Positions 14,185 through 27,326 of a stretch of 64,000 nt of DNA are shown here, piece by piece. The DNA is from Gordius albopunctatus (lineage: Eukaryota): contig OZ193909.1 of the NCBI GenBank assembly GCA_964276515.1, positions 8,990,001 through 9,054,000 on the forward strand, given 5' to 3'. Numbering within the stretch: position 1 is the first letter of the stretch; each line of letters starts with the position of its first letter. Below the pieces are notes generated by a model, which was given only the letters and a program-made list of their open reading frames with translations, was not told where the DNA came from and did no database searches. Both the position numbers and the translations under genes were made by a program.

Positions 14185-14290
14185 TAGAAGATTAAAATTT
14201 TGAGTTGTACAGTACCCATATTAGTTTTGAGTATAAATCCTTTATAAAACAGAATCTTTAGCCTAAGCCAATAAATTACGAAACCTGGCG

Positions 14291-17200
14291 ATGAAAATTA
14301 ATTACCACAAGTTTTTCTCAACCGCTCTACCTTTAATAACAAATTTTAATCAAGATCTTCAAAAATCTACATTACCATTTTTAAAATCAAGGATTAGTAC
14401 ACCAAAATTTCCCGATTTCGGAAAGGAGCCTAGAAATGAGAAGAATATGACATTAAAACTAAGTCAAAATTTATTAATGGAAAAGTTCTCTGGAAGATTA
14501 TCAAAAAAATTAGAAAGAAAGGAGTTAAACGAAGTTATACGAATATTATCACACTATTTGAAAGATTTAGATGTTAGAAATTTGACAGAAAGAGAACTGT
14601 CAAAATTGCTAGTTTTTAAAAGAAAACAAATAGAAGCAGATTTAGAATTATTTTTGGGAGCTCCTGATCCTCTTTCTAAACTTACTAATATACCATGCTA
14701 TGGTTGTGGATCAAATTTACATTGCAAAGATGATAGCATTGCAGGGTATATACCTAGCCATATTTTCAAATCAAAATCAGATATTGAACTTATGGAAACT
14801 CTATGTCAAAGGTAAATTAAAAAAGTTTTATATTCATTATCAGGTGTAATCTTCTAATTAATTATGATTATGCCTTAAATGTTGTTGTTAATAAAGACCA
14901 GTATACTAAAATGATTCAAACAATAAAATATAAACCAGGATTAATTATACTCATGGTTGATTTATTTGACATTCGAAACTCAATCAATTCAGGTTCATAT
15001 AAAAGTATCAAATAAATATGTAATGGTTAGATTTATTAAATATAATTGGGCAAGACAAGGGAATATATATTGTGGGCAATAAAGTTGATCTTATACCAAA
15101 AGATTCCTCTAGCTGGCTACGACGTATTAAAATGGTATTGAAAAAGGAACTAATTGAACACAGTAATTTTTAGCTAATCCATCAGTTTTGTATATAGATA
15201 TTTTTTATAAACTCACTCAGTTTTTATTATTAGTTGCTAAATCTGTCTTAATAATTTTCAAGCCTCATTATTTTTATAAGGCCAAACATCTTTATTAGGT
15301 AAAAAATAATTACATAAGTTTTGAAATATTGATTTTGTGATTCCAACTTGTAATCTCACAAAGAACAATATGCTTTAAAGTTTTTCCTAAACCTCCATAT
15401 TTTTGAGTTTTTTGAAAGTAAATTTTTTTCATTTTTTAATTTACTTATATCTCTCCAGAACCATTGATCAATTTACAGGGGTTATTATTATTTTTTTGTT
15501 TTACTACTGAATTTAAATATATTGGAATCAACCTAAATCCCTTCCTCTTTTTACAATTTTTCTCACTTTGATTCAAAAACAGATGATATATAATATTTAT
15601 GTGATTTTTACTAGCATTGCACTCTACTTTCTCTCTCTCCCTTTTCTCCAATTTGACCCCATTTCAACTAAAAACAATGTAGCCCTGTTCCCTAATAAAT
15701 CAATGGTTTATTTTATCATATAACTAATGCTATAAATGTTTACAGCAGAAATGGATGCCTTCAAAAAATGTGACAAATGCCTTTTTTGCATTTTTAACCT
15801 GGCTCATTTAAAAATCAATAAAAAAATTAAAACTTATTGGTCAACATAAGATTCTCTCTTATAATAAATTGTCAGTTTTTTGGGATATTTTTTATACTTT
15901 TTTTATTAGAGATATTAATTTAAAGAATACTTTTTTACATACATTTTATTTAAAATTGAGATATTAGTTGATTGGGTATGGGAAGAAGGGGAGGGCATAA
16001 TTTACCAAATTTGAGATAAGCTTAGTTTTGATTGCAAGTTTATATTTAAACTAAACCAAATTTGTAAATGATTTTTAAAATGATTGTTTTTTGTGGCATT
16101 CGAATTCCAAAGCTCTAAGGCTTGAGTTAGCAGAGGGTCGGAATCATGTGTTGTGAGACGACTTAAAAGAGGAAATAAAAGCAGCTAGCGATATTCCGTC
16201 AGGAGGACAAATTCCTAATCCTCCAGATTTGGTTGAATCCAATTATTAGTATTAAATTTAGAATTTTTTTAAATGAAGTTTTTAAAAAGCCTTCGTACGA
16301 CTTTTAAACTTCCTGGTGTAAAAATGCACCAGATGAGCAAAAACAATGATTAATCTTTTTATTGAACTTTTACGTTTGTTTATTTATCACATGAAATCAT
16401 TTTCATTAATTGCAATTTATTATTATTATTGATGATTGATATAATTTACGCCTATCACTAAAGAAATGACATATATTATTTAAAGGCAAAATAGAATATT
16501 TCACATAAACATTACATACACTATGAAATATTGACTCAAAATTAATTACCTAATTTCCCCTATATTTTTTTGCACATTGGCAATATTATGATAATCATAT
16601 CACAAATTAAAAATTTCGAATTGATGATTTTTTTAAAATATGTCCTTATTTATGCTTATTCGTATTAATTATTAAAAAACAAAAGCCTATCTATATTTTT
16701 TTTTGGATTTGGTAAAAAAATTATTTTATTTATTTGTCTGGCCTTTCTTACTCTTTTTTGTCTTTTTTTAGACATACCAAACCAGAATATAGTAGGAATG
16801 TCTTTAATAAGTGGGAAAACCGGTTTTGGTATAGAGAGTTTAATAACAAACCTTCAAAATCTATATAATAAAGAAGGTATTACTGTTGCTATTTGAAATC
16901 CTAGAATGTTTACAGGTGATATTTATTTGATTGGCTCTACTAACGTGGGAAAATCAACATTATTTAACATTTTGTTGCACTCTGATTATAGTCATGGATA
17001 TGCCAATCAATTATACAATTGTGCATCAACATCTCAATGGCCAGGTTGATTTTAAATATTATGTTTATTTCAATTTCATATGTGTTATATAAAAAATATT
17101 CACCCGTTTTCCGATAAATATATTCACACTCAACTAATAGGAAGTCCTAACGAATTTTAAACAATTTTTATATAGGCACTACCCTAAACTTTATGAAATT

Positions 17201-20200
17201 TCCGGTGTCTAAGCCTACGCCCTACAAGTTAACTGCTCGTAATAGGCGACTTCAACATTTGGCCCTTCACAAAAAGCATATGGAAGGTGTTTTTGGAGAG
17301 GCATCCACTTTTGCCCAGACCCGCAAAAATCCCTACTATAGTAGCCTAATAAGTAAGGATTTTCCTTTGCAAATTTTAATTCATTTTATTATATATATTT
17401 TTTGTTTCCAATTAATTGGATAACTCTTAGTTAACTTCTCTCATGCTTACATGTATAAAGCTCGGTAACCCATGTGCAACTATTAACTACAATTAATTTA
17501 CAGTCGAAACTTCTTAATCGCAAATCGGATTATCGCGAAATCGTTTAATCGCAATGTTAACCGCCATTTTGTTTTTACCAAACGATAATATTAACAAAAA
17601 CATCGTTTATTGACAAATCGCTTAATAGTACAATATCGGATATTCACAAATATTTTTGAGTCCTTGAATCAACCATACAATTATATAAAATATCGTTTTA
17701 TTGCGAAGCGTAAGAAATGAATATTTACTATATGTCTTTATATATTTAATATTTTCTCTTTTTTCATCGTTTAATCGCGAAATATCGGTTAATTGCGATT
17801 TTTTGAGGCCCAAGCCTTTGCAATTAAACGGTTTTGACTGTATATACATTCAACTAAGTATGTGTTTTAATAAAAAATATAGAAAATTCGTTGCATTAAC
17901 AAAATTATGCCCTTTTTGACAATCTTTAGGCTAATTTATATTTAAAAAGGGGTATATGTTTCGTGATTTTAATATGGCAAATTTAAATAGGAGGACGGGT
18001 TAGAGCGGACGTTTTTCGGCCCCTTTTTATTATATTTTTGCCATTAATAAATTGTGAGTGTATTATTAATGTAAACAATTATGTTAATAACGGTAAAACT
18101 TTTAAATTTACATATTTTTAGAATGCTTAAAACTCCCTATTTATGCGTAGATTTTTTTTAAATTAAATAAAATTATATTCATTTTCATTGCATTAGATTT
18201 TGATTCATTTCTTTTAAATATATTGTATAAGTTCTTCATGGATACCTCAACAATTCCCGATAATTTATCCATGAAGAACATTGAATATGAGGGTAAAATA
18301 TTGTATAAGGCCATTGAGGTGTCATTGCTAAAACATTCCAAACAATTTAAAAAAGCTTGAGTGCCTATGAAACTAAACATATAATTGAATGCTTTTGGAC
18401 AATTTTACAACCTTTCCGAGAGAATTCTATTTTTGGGCGCCTATTATTTTAAGCCCATATTTGCCCTCACCTCACATGTTTTGCTCCAGATAAATAGCGC
18501 CCCTTACTTTCTTTTATCTTTACTTTTAAAGTACATTTTATAAGTTATATAAATTACCTCATTCATATTATTTTGCTATAACAAATATCTACTGCTCGGC
18601 TACAAATTTTTTTGAAAATAGCCAACGGTAAATTTAGTTAATATGGCTAAATTGAGTTATTTATATATTCTTGGTGGAACTGATACCAACAATTTATTTA
18701 AAACAATTTACTTAAGATTTTCTAGGGTAGCTTAGGGCGCCAATCTCATGTTAAATAAAAAACAAATGTCAATTATTTTTTTCATAAATAATCCACATCT
18801 CAATTAAAATTTTACCAAATTTTGTTATTATTAATCTTATAAACAAAATCGTAGGGAAAGACGAAAAAATAACTTATTGTTTTAGTTATATATATTTCAA
18901 ACATTTTTAATTTTTCTAATGTATATCAATGAAAGGTGAAGCATTTAAAGTAGCAAAAACAACAATTCCCTTGGCAAATCTCGTTGACTTTCACGCACAA
19001 AGTTTAACCCCTTCCGACATGGCAATGATTATGGCCCAAGGTTCAAAGTCAATAATTGCTGGTAATGAATCAATTCCAAATACCCGAACGTCAAATATCG
19101 ATCAATCTTCCACCTTAAACGCAAAAGAAACCTCTTCGAAAAATTTTACGCATAAACTATTGGCGCTGAAAAAAAACAATGCTTCCTTAATTAACGATTT
19201 AAAGAACAAAAATTCTGCTAGTTATAACCATCATTTTCGACATGGAAAATGGCTCTATGATACCCCTGGGATGATTCAAGACGATCAAGTAAATATTGCT
19301 TAGTCTTTTTTATTTTAATTGAGAAAAGATTGTCATTTGATAATTTACTTAAATCGGCAAAAGACCCATGTGTGTTCCTTTTAATATATAAAAACCTGTG
19401 CCTGTACCTTGAGAATGGTGGAATTGTTATATTGTCGGTGTCAAAAAATAGTTAATTTACCTTTCAAATCGATTTTTTGATTGTTTAAAAAGTAGCACGA
19501 ATCAAATTTACTTAAAATTATTCTTACAAAGCCATTTTTTTCTCTTATACAACTTTTAAGAATTTTAAAACATGATCAATTACATCCTACCAAATATTTT
19601 ATGCTTTTTACTTTCCCTTTTAAAACGAATTGTTAGCATTTCAAGCAATTCATATACAAGTATTATTTAAAAGCAACTAAATCATAAAGAATTATACTGT
19701 GTGTAAAAAGATATTATTCTTAAAACTTTTCTATTTTTCCCTGTATATATAAATTCTAACCTTTAAAGAACTAGATTTTATTATTAATTAAAGAGTCTTT
19801 AAAGGACTGACCACCAGCCTAAGTGACAAGCAGTCATAGAAAGAAGTCTTTAAATAAAAACAAAACATCAAGAATATCTTTTTATTTTTAAATGGTTAGG
19901 AATCTAGTCAAATGTTTTAATTATATGTGATTAATTTGTGTGAATTATTACTTTATAAGATAATAAACCTGTTGACCATGGAAGAATTGATGGACGTTTT
20001 GCCTAAAGAAACTATTAATCCTAGAACATGCCTACTGTCTCCCTTAAAAACTTTATTTATTGCAGGCCTCGTACGGATTGATTGCTTAGAGGTAACTTTT
20101 TGTTAAATATAGTTGAGCTTTTAATAAAATTTATTAATTTAATGACTTTTCTATAACAATTCGCTGTGTTTGTTTGTCTTAAAAACCGTTGTTTTGGAAA

Positions 20201-22114
20201 ATAAGCTTATTTTTACTACTTGATTAGTTGAAATTAGTTTTAAATAATTGGATAACTAGGAAAATACCTTGATTATTTAGGAATTTTATATAAATTTGAA
20301 AATTTATCAAAAAATACATCTCATTTTTATCGTTGGGAATAAGTTGTTGACGCATTGTTAAATTAGTGCGCCATTTTTTAGGTAATGCCTTTAAACATAA
20401 TGCAATTGCGGCGTCTATTTTTACACGCTCTCCTTAAATAAGAAGAGTTTAGGGGTTATAATTTATTATGTCAAAAAGATCAGTGCAGATGAAATCCGAC
20501 TAAATAGAAAAACCTTGTGTTACCAAGGTAGTCTCAGAAAGACAATTTCTCCATGGTAATTTATAAACATAATTTCTAATCTTAAAGCTAAAAAATCTCA
20601 TGCCTTTATGTAAGGTTGCTGGAATAAGCCAGGCCCTCGTGACCTTACACATTAAAATCAAGATGTAATGGTGTAAAATGTTGGCTATAACCACATGCAC
20701 TGCCCCAGCTCATACTTCTTTTTTATTTTTGGGCCATTCTATGACAAGTCAAAACGTTTTCGACCCACCATCTCAATGGATAATTTTTGTATTGTAATTT
20801 CTAAAAAAACTTTAGTCATTTTGGGTCAATACTTTTTAAGTTCTGGACCTTCAAACAAAGGTACAAAATCACGCTCGGCCGCTTTTTATAGATTTTAATA
20901 TTTTTGTCATATTTTGGAAAGTAATGGCGCTATTCACTTGAATTTTGGTGCATTTTGTTTTTAAAAATTCTTTCCCCCTGGTTTACTAAATAAAGTATTT
21001 TAGCCTTTTACTTTTCTACTTATATAAATTATATATGGTTCGTGTACATGTTTTTAGGATCTCCTCTTCTTCTTTATCAGTTATTTGGTCCCACATTAGT
21101 GGGGTTTGTTTTGATAAGTTTCCTCCATCTTGACCGGGTAAGTCCATGTCCTGACTAATATCTTTAGTTTCCAACTTTTCGATTTACGTCATCCCTATCC
21201 CTTCTTAGTATAGCCCATACCACCTTAGCCGATTTTCGTTAATCATGTCCGCCATAGGTTGAATACCCATTTTTGTCATGAGAAAGTCATTCGGCATATG
21301 GTCGAGCTTAGTATACCCCAAGCTCTACCGTATCATTCTCATCTCTGTGGCTTGTATTAGCTTTAATTTCGTTTTTAGGATGATTAATTATATTACTTTA
21401 ATACTTATATTTAACACTTAGGGGCCTGAACAAATTTTTCTCACGATATTTGCATCTGAAACGCTCCCATTGAACATAGTGAATACGTCGGAAGCTGAAC
21501 GATTTTATGCAAACAATTTTGGAAAATCCTTGTTAAAAGTGATTAAATGATTAATAAGGATATTTAACAAACCCGTGTATAGCATATATTATTCTATGTT
21601 TATGAATAATAAGTCTGAGACTGGTTAGCAAATATTCATAATAGAAATGCAGATTTAATTTTTAAATTTGCAATTGCAAAATATGACCCTTTAGGAAAAT
21701 TTTTTTAACAAGTTAGAACTACTTTTATATTAAATTGATAATGTTTTTATTTAAATTTTATTAATAGGTTCCGAGAGGAGATCTTAATCGATTAGCCAAT
21801 TTTCCACCACTGACATCTAGAGACTTTGAAATTGAAGGGGCAGATAAATGGAAGGCTTCTGCTGATTTGTATCTTTCATCAATCGGTATACATTATTAAA
21901 CATTTATCTTATAATTTGATTTTTTAAATTAGGTTGGGCATCATATGCATCTGACACTGGTACCAAATCAACTTTGCGTGTATATACGCCTGGTGGAAAA
22001 GGCTTAGGTGTCAGACGTTATGCTATTTCTCCTTTCGCAGTGATAAGAAAAGCAGGGTTTTCCAAAGTTCCTCACGTCTATCACCAAATACCCTTAGAAA
22101 AATGGATATATTGA
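14291..22114 (+). CDS. NOA1: Nitric oxide-associated protein 1 (mitochondrial YqeH-like circularly permuted GTPase), 11 exons, 704 aa
   Basis: Exons 14291-14811, 14844-14992, 15031-15162, 16772-16876, 16916-17044, 17176-17352, 18936-19288, 19960-20091, 21422-21538, 21768-21885, 21933-22114; all GT-AG, 2115 nt in frame. CYGC..CQRC zinc motif, G4 NKVD, G5 SGKTGFG, G1 GSTNVGKST, G2 WPGTT, G3 DTPG, C-terminal RVYTPGGKG; AATAAA at 22138. Confidence 0.95.
17501..17840. mobile_element. pogo/Tigger-like MITE in a NOA1 intron
   Basis: TA|CAGTCGAAAC..TTAATCGCAA ... TTGCAATTAAACGGTTTTGACTG|TA: imperfect TIR with TA TSD and internal ttaatcgc repeats. Confidence 0.8.
21061..21370 (-). mobile_element. 5'-truncated RTE LINE in a NOA1 intron
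   Basis: RTE 3' coding end plus (GAA)n tail, flanked by an 11-bp TSD GTTTTTAGGAT (21050-21060 and 21371-21381). Confidence 0.85.
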
Positions 22115-22699
22115 TTACTTGACTTTTTGTATTATCTAATAAACAAGTTTGTATTTATGTTTTGGTGAAAGTTTGCCACTTTCGGCATAGCTGCAATCAA
22201 ATTGTGTCTCTCTCTATCTTAGTATTCTGCTTGTTCTTCCTGAGTTGTTCCAATTTAAATAATTTTTATATTTTTAGGATATCGGCCCGCCCCCACTTGT
22301 TTTGAAAATTTTCAGGCGGCCAAACCCCTTTGTAAATTTATTGGTTCACATTAGGTCCACCCATACCTGTTTACTTTTAAACCCGTCCGTATTTATTTCA
22401 ATGCGGCCTGATCCCCTTTCAATATTGGTTCGTAGCCTTCATTAAAAAATCAAAATTTTATGCAACATATATTGATGCCTTGAATCGGTGGACTTTTTTA
22501 AGGGTTTTACTAAATTTCACATCTTGATCCGTATAAAATATTACTAGGATAATTTATTGATTAAAAACTTTAAATGTTGTAATTTGTTCAAAGTTCCACC
22601 TTGATTTTTATATGCAAAAATGTAGGGTTGTAATTAAAGACCATTTGTATTTAAAATTTTTGTCAAGCTTGTGAATATGATTCGTTTCAATTTTGTTTG

Positions 22700-23250
22700 G
22701 TTGAGGATTTCGGGCTTTTCTTAAATGGATATTCTAACTGGTATCGCTCAAATTTGAGCCATTGCAAAGAACCAAAATATACATTCTTCTACGCCACCCA
22801 CCACCCCTCCAAAAACATCTTGTATTTGGAAGTTAGCACGCGTTTAAAGCAATTATATTTATTAAACAGCTTAATCATTTATGCCTATCATAGATCTGCA
22901 AATATAAAAAATTTGACTCCGAAACCCATCCCTAAATAACGCCGTTTCGATCATCTTTTTCCAAGGCTATCCCAAATTTTTAATAAGCCTGGTTTTTAAA
23001 TTTATTAATTGTTCAGCAAAAACTTTTTTTACATCAGCAATTAAGATAATTTGTAAAAGTTAGGGTTAAAAATATCATACAATTAAATAAAGTTTAAGGT
23101 GCTTAACTCATTTTTTGAAGAGGTAATTATGCCCGGCTGAGAGAAAGTATGTGTCTAAAGTCTGTATAAAAAATGCCCAAGCATGGAAACCTCTGCTCTG
23201 ATGCTTATGTGATCTTTATCAATAGTTTGCCATTTTAAAACGAAATCCGA
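22700..23250 (-). mobile_element. Possible highly decayed retroelement (Penelope-like?)
   Basis: Weak minus-strand fragments RFPCLGI, KNELSTLNFI, NGVI..FYIC resemble the RT/GIY-YIG layout, but are heavily broken. Confidence 0.25.
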
Positions 23251-23341
23251 CCCTATAACTATTGTAGAGTATAGCAAATCTCCAAAGTAGGATTTTAAAT
23301 TTTGATATTTTTTATAATAAATATCATTAAGTTACTTCTAA

Positions 23342-25333
23342 GGGCTTGTCTTAATATCGGATTTAGCTGCGCAGCAAAAATCGTCGCACGGGTTATAACA
23401 TAGCCGTGTCTTAACTTCGAATTCACATCAGAAGGCGCATAACATAACAGCGATTTTGTAAGATGCAAATTTTTTATGTTGTTAAATTTATAGGTATCGA
23501 CAAAGTTTAGATTTAATATCTAGAGTTGAAATAAACAAGGAACGTTTTTTACTATCAAAAAACAAAATATTAATTGCTATGCAATTTATGGGCTCACTTT
23601 CCATTTGTTTATGTCTTGCTACCGAATGTCTTGTCACGCTCTTCGTGTCACGCACCGAATGTCTTGTCTCGCTTTTCGTCTTGTTTACTACTGAAACCGC
23701 TTGGAATTCGAATAAGCCATCCTGAGTACGATATTAATTGCTATGCAATTTATGGGCTCACTTTCCATTTGTTTATGTCACGCTGTTCGTGTAACGCACC
23801 GAATGTCACGTTGTTTATTTTTTGTTCGTATTATAATTTAACTAGTTTGTGGGTTCGAATCTGCCAAATTTTATTTTTTTTTTAATTAATATATTTTTCT
23901 TGTTACTACCATTGATAATATGGCTTATTGGCTGTCCGCTGGCTACTGACCAATGGAAGAAAATGACCATTGGCCAAAGTGAAATTTTTTTATATTTTTT
24001 TCTTTAAATTAATATATAGTTATTGTTGTTACCATTGATAATATAGCTTTTGCCCGTCCGCTGGCTACTGACCAATGGCAAAAAATGACCATTGGCCAAA
24101 GTGTGAAGCAAAATTTTTTTTTTGTTTATTTTTGACTAACATTGATTTATAGACGCCCTCCCCTAGAAGGGCCTATGCCTCTCCTGATATGGGTCCCTGT
24201 GCCCCGCCCTCCTACAAAGGAGTATGCCTCTCTTCTACTGATGTGGGTTCGAATCCCGGAGAGGCCAAATGACCATTAGCCAAATTGTGATTCGAAATTT
24301 TTTTCTCGTTTTTTTGACTCGCATGTATTTATAGACCGTCTCTTGGTACTGACCAATAAAACAAAATGAACATTGGCCATATTGTTTAAGTAAAGGCTAA
24401 AATTTCAAAATGCTCCTCCTAAAATCGGTATTTTTGTTTTTGAATAGGTTAACGTTGATAATTACCCTATGCCCTCCCCCACAAGTGCCTATTTTTAAAT
24501 TAAATTAATATTTTTTTCTTGTTGATATTTGTTAAATTTCTATTATTGTTTTATTTTATTATATAATAAACATAAATAAAAAACATCTTTATTATTTCAT
24601 TATCTATATAAATAACATAAAAACTTCTTTTATTTTAATGCCAGCATGGTAAGAGTCGTTTTAGCAACGGCTTACTGACTTGGAGGTTTTGGATCGAGAC
24701 CCGGAGAGGCCATAAATTTTTTTTTTAAATTAAATTAATATTATGTTCTTGTTAATACCATGGATAATATGACCTTTTGACCTTCCGCTGGCTACTGACC
24801 AATTAAAAAAATGACCATTGGCCAAATAAATCGAAATTTTTCGTTTTTGAATAGGTTAACATTGATAAATTGCCCTATGCTCTCCCCTACAAGTGCCTAT
24901 GCTTCTACTGATATGGGTCCCTGTGCCCCTACAAAGGCTTATGCCTCTATTTAATGTGGGTTCGAATCCCGGCGAGGGCAATTTTTTTTAATTAAATGGA
25001 AAATTTGTATAAATAATTAACTAATCATTTTGCATTTAATACCCCTCTATAGGCATTTTCGCCCCTTCCCACCTTTCTCGCCCATATTTTTTAATTAGAT
25101 GGAAAATTTGTATAAACATTTTGCATATAACGCCCATAAATTGCATAGCAAATATGCTACGTTTATACGGAGTATAGATGAGTCGTCCCCCCTTCCCTTC
25201 CCCCCTTCCCACGAGGGCCGAAGGCCCGAGTTTTATTAATTACAACCGAGTTTGACTCATGAAATTGAATCGGATATTTAGACATAGATAAATTCACGCG
25301 ATTTGAATCTGAATCCGATATTAAGACAAGCCC
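23342..25333. mobile_element. PIF/Harbinger-type MITE interrupted by a HINE copy
   Basis: TAA|GGGCTTGTCTTAATATCGGATT ... AATCCGATATTAAGACAAGCCC|TAA: 22-bp perfect TIR and 3-bp TAA TSD; related uninterrupted copy at 55901-56169. Confidence 0.85.
23572..25234 (+). mobile_element. DINE-1/HINE-like Helentron-associated element, full length
   Basis: 5' TTGCTATGCAATTTATGGG, subterminal inverse CCCATAAATTGCATAGCAA (25133-25151), 3' hairpin GGGCCGAAGGCCC then GAGTTTT, T-rich flanks, no TSD, internal tandem repeats; the 5' ~160 bp is duplicated (second start near 23735). Confidence 0.8.
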
Positions 25334-25500
25334 TAAGCTTCTTTACCTTGGGATATTCAAGACAAATTTAATATTTCCATAATTTTAATATATTTCAAGC
25401 TAATAAAAACTAACATTTAACCAAGATAAAATATCATAATCATGTAATATGCCACGGGCAAAATGGCTATTGTAACAACGATGATGCTTCTTATGAAAAA

Positions 25501-26407
25501 CTAGATGAACCCGGCAAACGTTGTTTTGCCATTTACCCGGGTGTATTAATTATGTTGGAATTTTAGGGCATATATGATGATAAAGCGGTTATTGAAGTAA
25601 AAATAAAGTTTGATATCTATATGTTCTACTTCTATTGTTCTATTTCCGTCTAATAGATTAAAAATATATATCAAATATAATTGGTAAGTGTTAATTATGC
25701 AAAATTTTTTAAACAAATAGTTAAAGAGGGTCCAAGGCCCAGGCCCACCCAAGAGAGAAAATCTGGCCCCATGCCCCCCCCCAAGGGAAAAATCTTTGGC
25801 CTCCTGGCCCTTCAAGCAATTTTTGTAATTGAGAAACAATATCATAATTATAATTATTTGTTTCTGAATAAAACTTTTAATTCTGAACTTAATAATGTCC
25901 AAAGAACTGAGATATATCAACATTTATTCACACTTTGTTAAAAGTATTTTCATTTTTCTCCTTATTTAACGCACAAAAAATGATAAAATGAAATTTTTTA
26001 ATTTATTTAGCCACGCAGGAGGGGACACGACCGTCCTATAATAATAATTGACGTAAAAAATTAGTAAAAAAATCACTGATTTAATGTTTCAAATCGTTAA
26101 AAGTTTCCATTTTCCGCAGCACATGCCTACATTTATCCGCATGACGTTTTAGAAAATACTATAAGTGATACACTTTTACTAAAGAACTGTATATTCAAAT
26201 TTTCAAAGAACACGATGAGGTTGCGTTTGATTGACATTCTATTAAACGTCAAAACGTATAAAACAAACTAACTCGAAAACTACTGGACCGATTTAGCTCG
26301 AAAAATTTTAAAACATACTCCGGAGTGTCAGGAATAAACTGTGAAATTTTGAGCCAAATCGGTCTGGTAGTTTTCTAAAATTCATAGTTTCATTTTTATA
26401 TATAAGA
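25501..26407 (-). mobile_element. Non-autonomous Helitron
   Basis: Minus strand A|TCTTATATATAAAAA ... GGCAAAACAACGTTTGCC hairpin..CATCTAG|T. Confidence 0.8.
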
Positions 26408-27326
26408 TATATTAAAAAATCAAAGTGTTATGTCTTATTACAACAAATGATATTTCAATAAATTATATATAAAAATTGATATCTTAGAGCGGTATAGTAA
26501 ATTCTAATACCCAAGACATTTTATCATTATTTATGGCGCTTGTTTGTATGAGACAGTTTGGAAAATTTACCTCATCTCCGTATTTTAATCTCATGCAATT
26601 TTATATTTTTTTCTTGCAATTATTAAAAAAAGTTTAATAATATAATTTAGGCTGCTTTGATTTAAAGCCATAAAGACTAATATCCTTTATATTTCATTGA
26701 AATTATGTTTATTTTCTATTACACTGATTTTTATATTTACAATACACAAATTTCATTAATTAACAAGCATTATTAAGGATTTGAAAAAATGATTCACGGT
26801 CTGGTGTCTAAGGACACTTGGTTATTTTAAAATTTGCCTATGATTTATTAAGCGTTTTTAAATGCTTGTAGGTTATTTGATCAATTTGTATTAAGGTGAG
26901 GTCATATTTTTATTTTTCGAATGAATATTTATATTTCTATAATAAATGCAAGCTACAATTGCAGGTGTTCATTACCTCGATCTACTTTAAAGTACCTAAT
27001 GCCTCAAACATAGGGAATGATCGCATAACACATTTAAATGATTTGGAAACTAGGTTATATGTAGACAAAATATTAATAGGACTTTTAGGAGAAAATAGGT
27101 TTTTGTATATGTAATAGGACCGCACACGGCAATATGTCGAAAAAATTTTCTCTAATATCATTGACATATATAATTACTAAATATTCTGTTAAATTTACCC
27201 TATCATAAAAAGGTTCCATTATTGATAAAAAATAATTTTAAACTCTGACATATGTCGAATACCGGAAACAAAATTTAACATTTCAAATCAGATTTTTCCA
27301 TAAAATTCAGATAGCAAAATCTTGTT

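Noticed and set aside
18936..19250. Long Ser/Asn/Thr-rich insert in NOA1 between G2 and G3
   Set aside because: Animal NOA1 proteins are known to carry a variable insert at this position; not evidence of novelty.
24640..24712. Functional tRNA gene
   Set aside because: Acceptor, D and anticodon stems do not pair convincingly; lies inside a repeat element.
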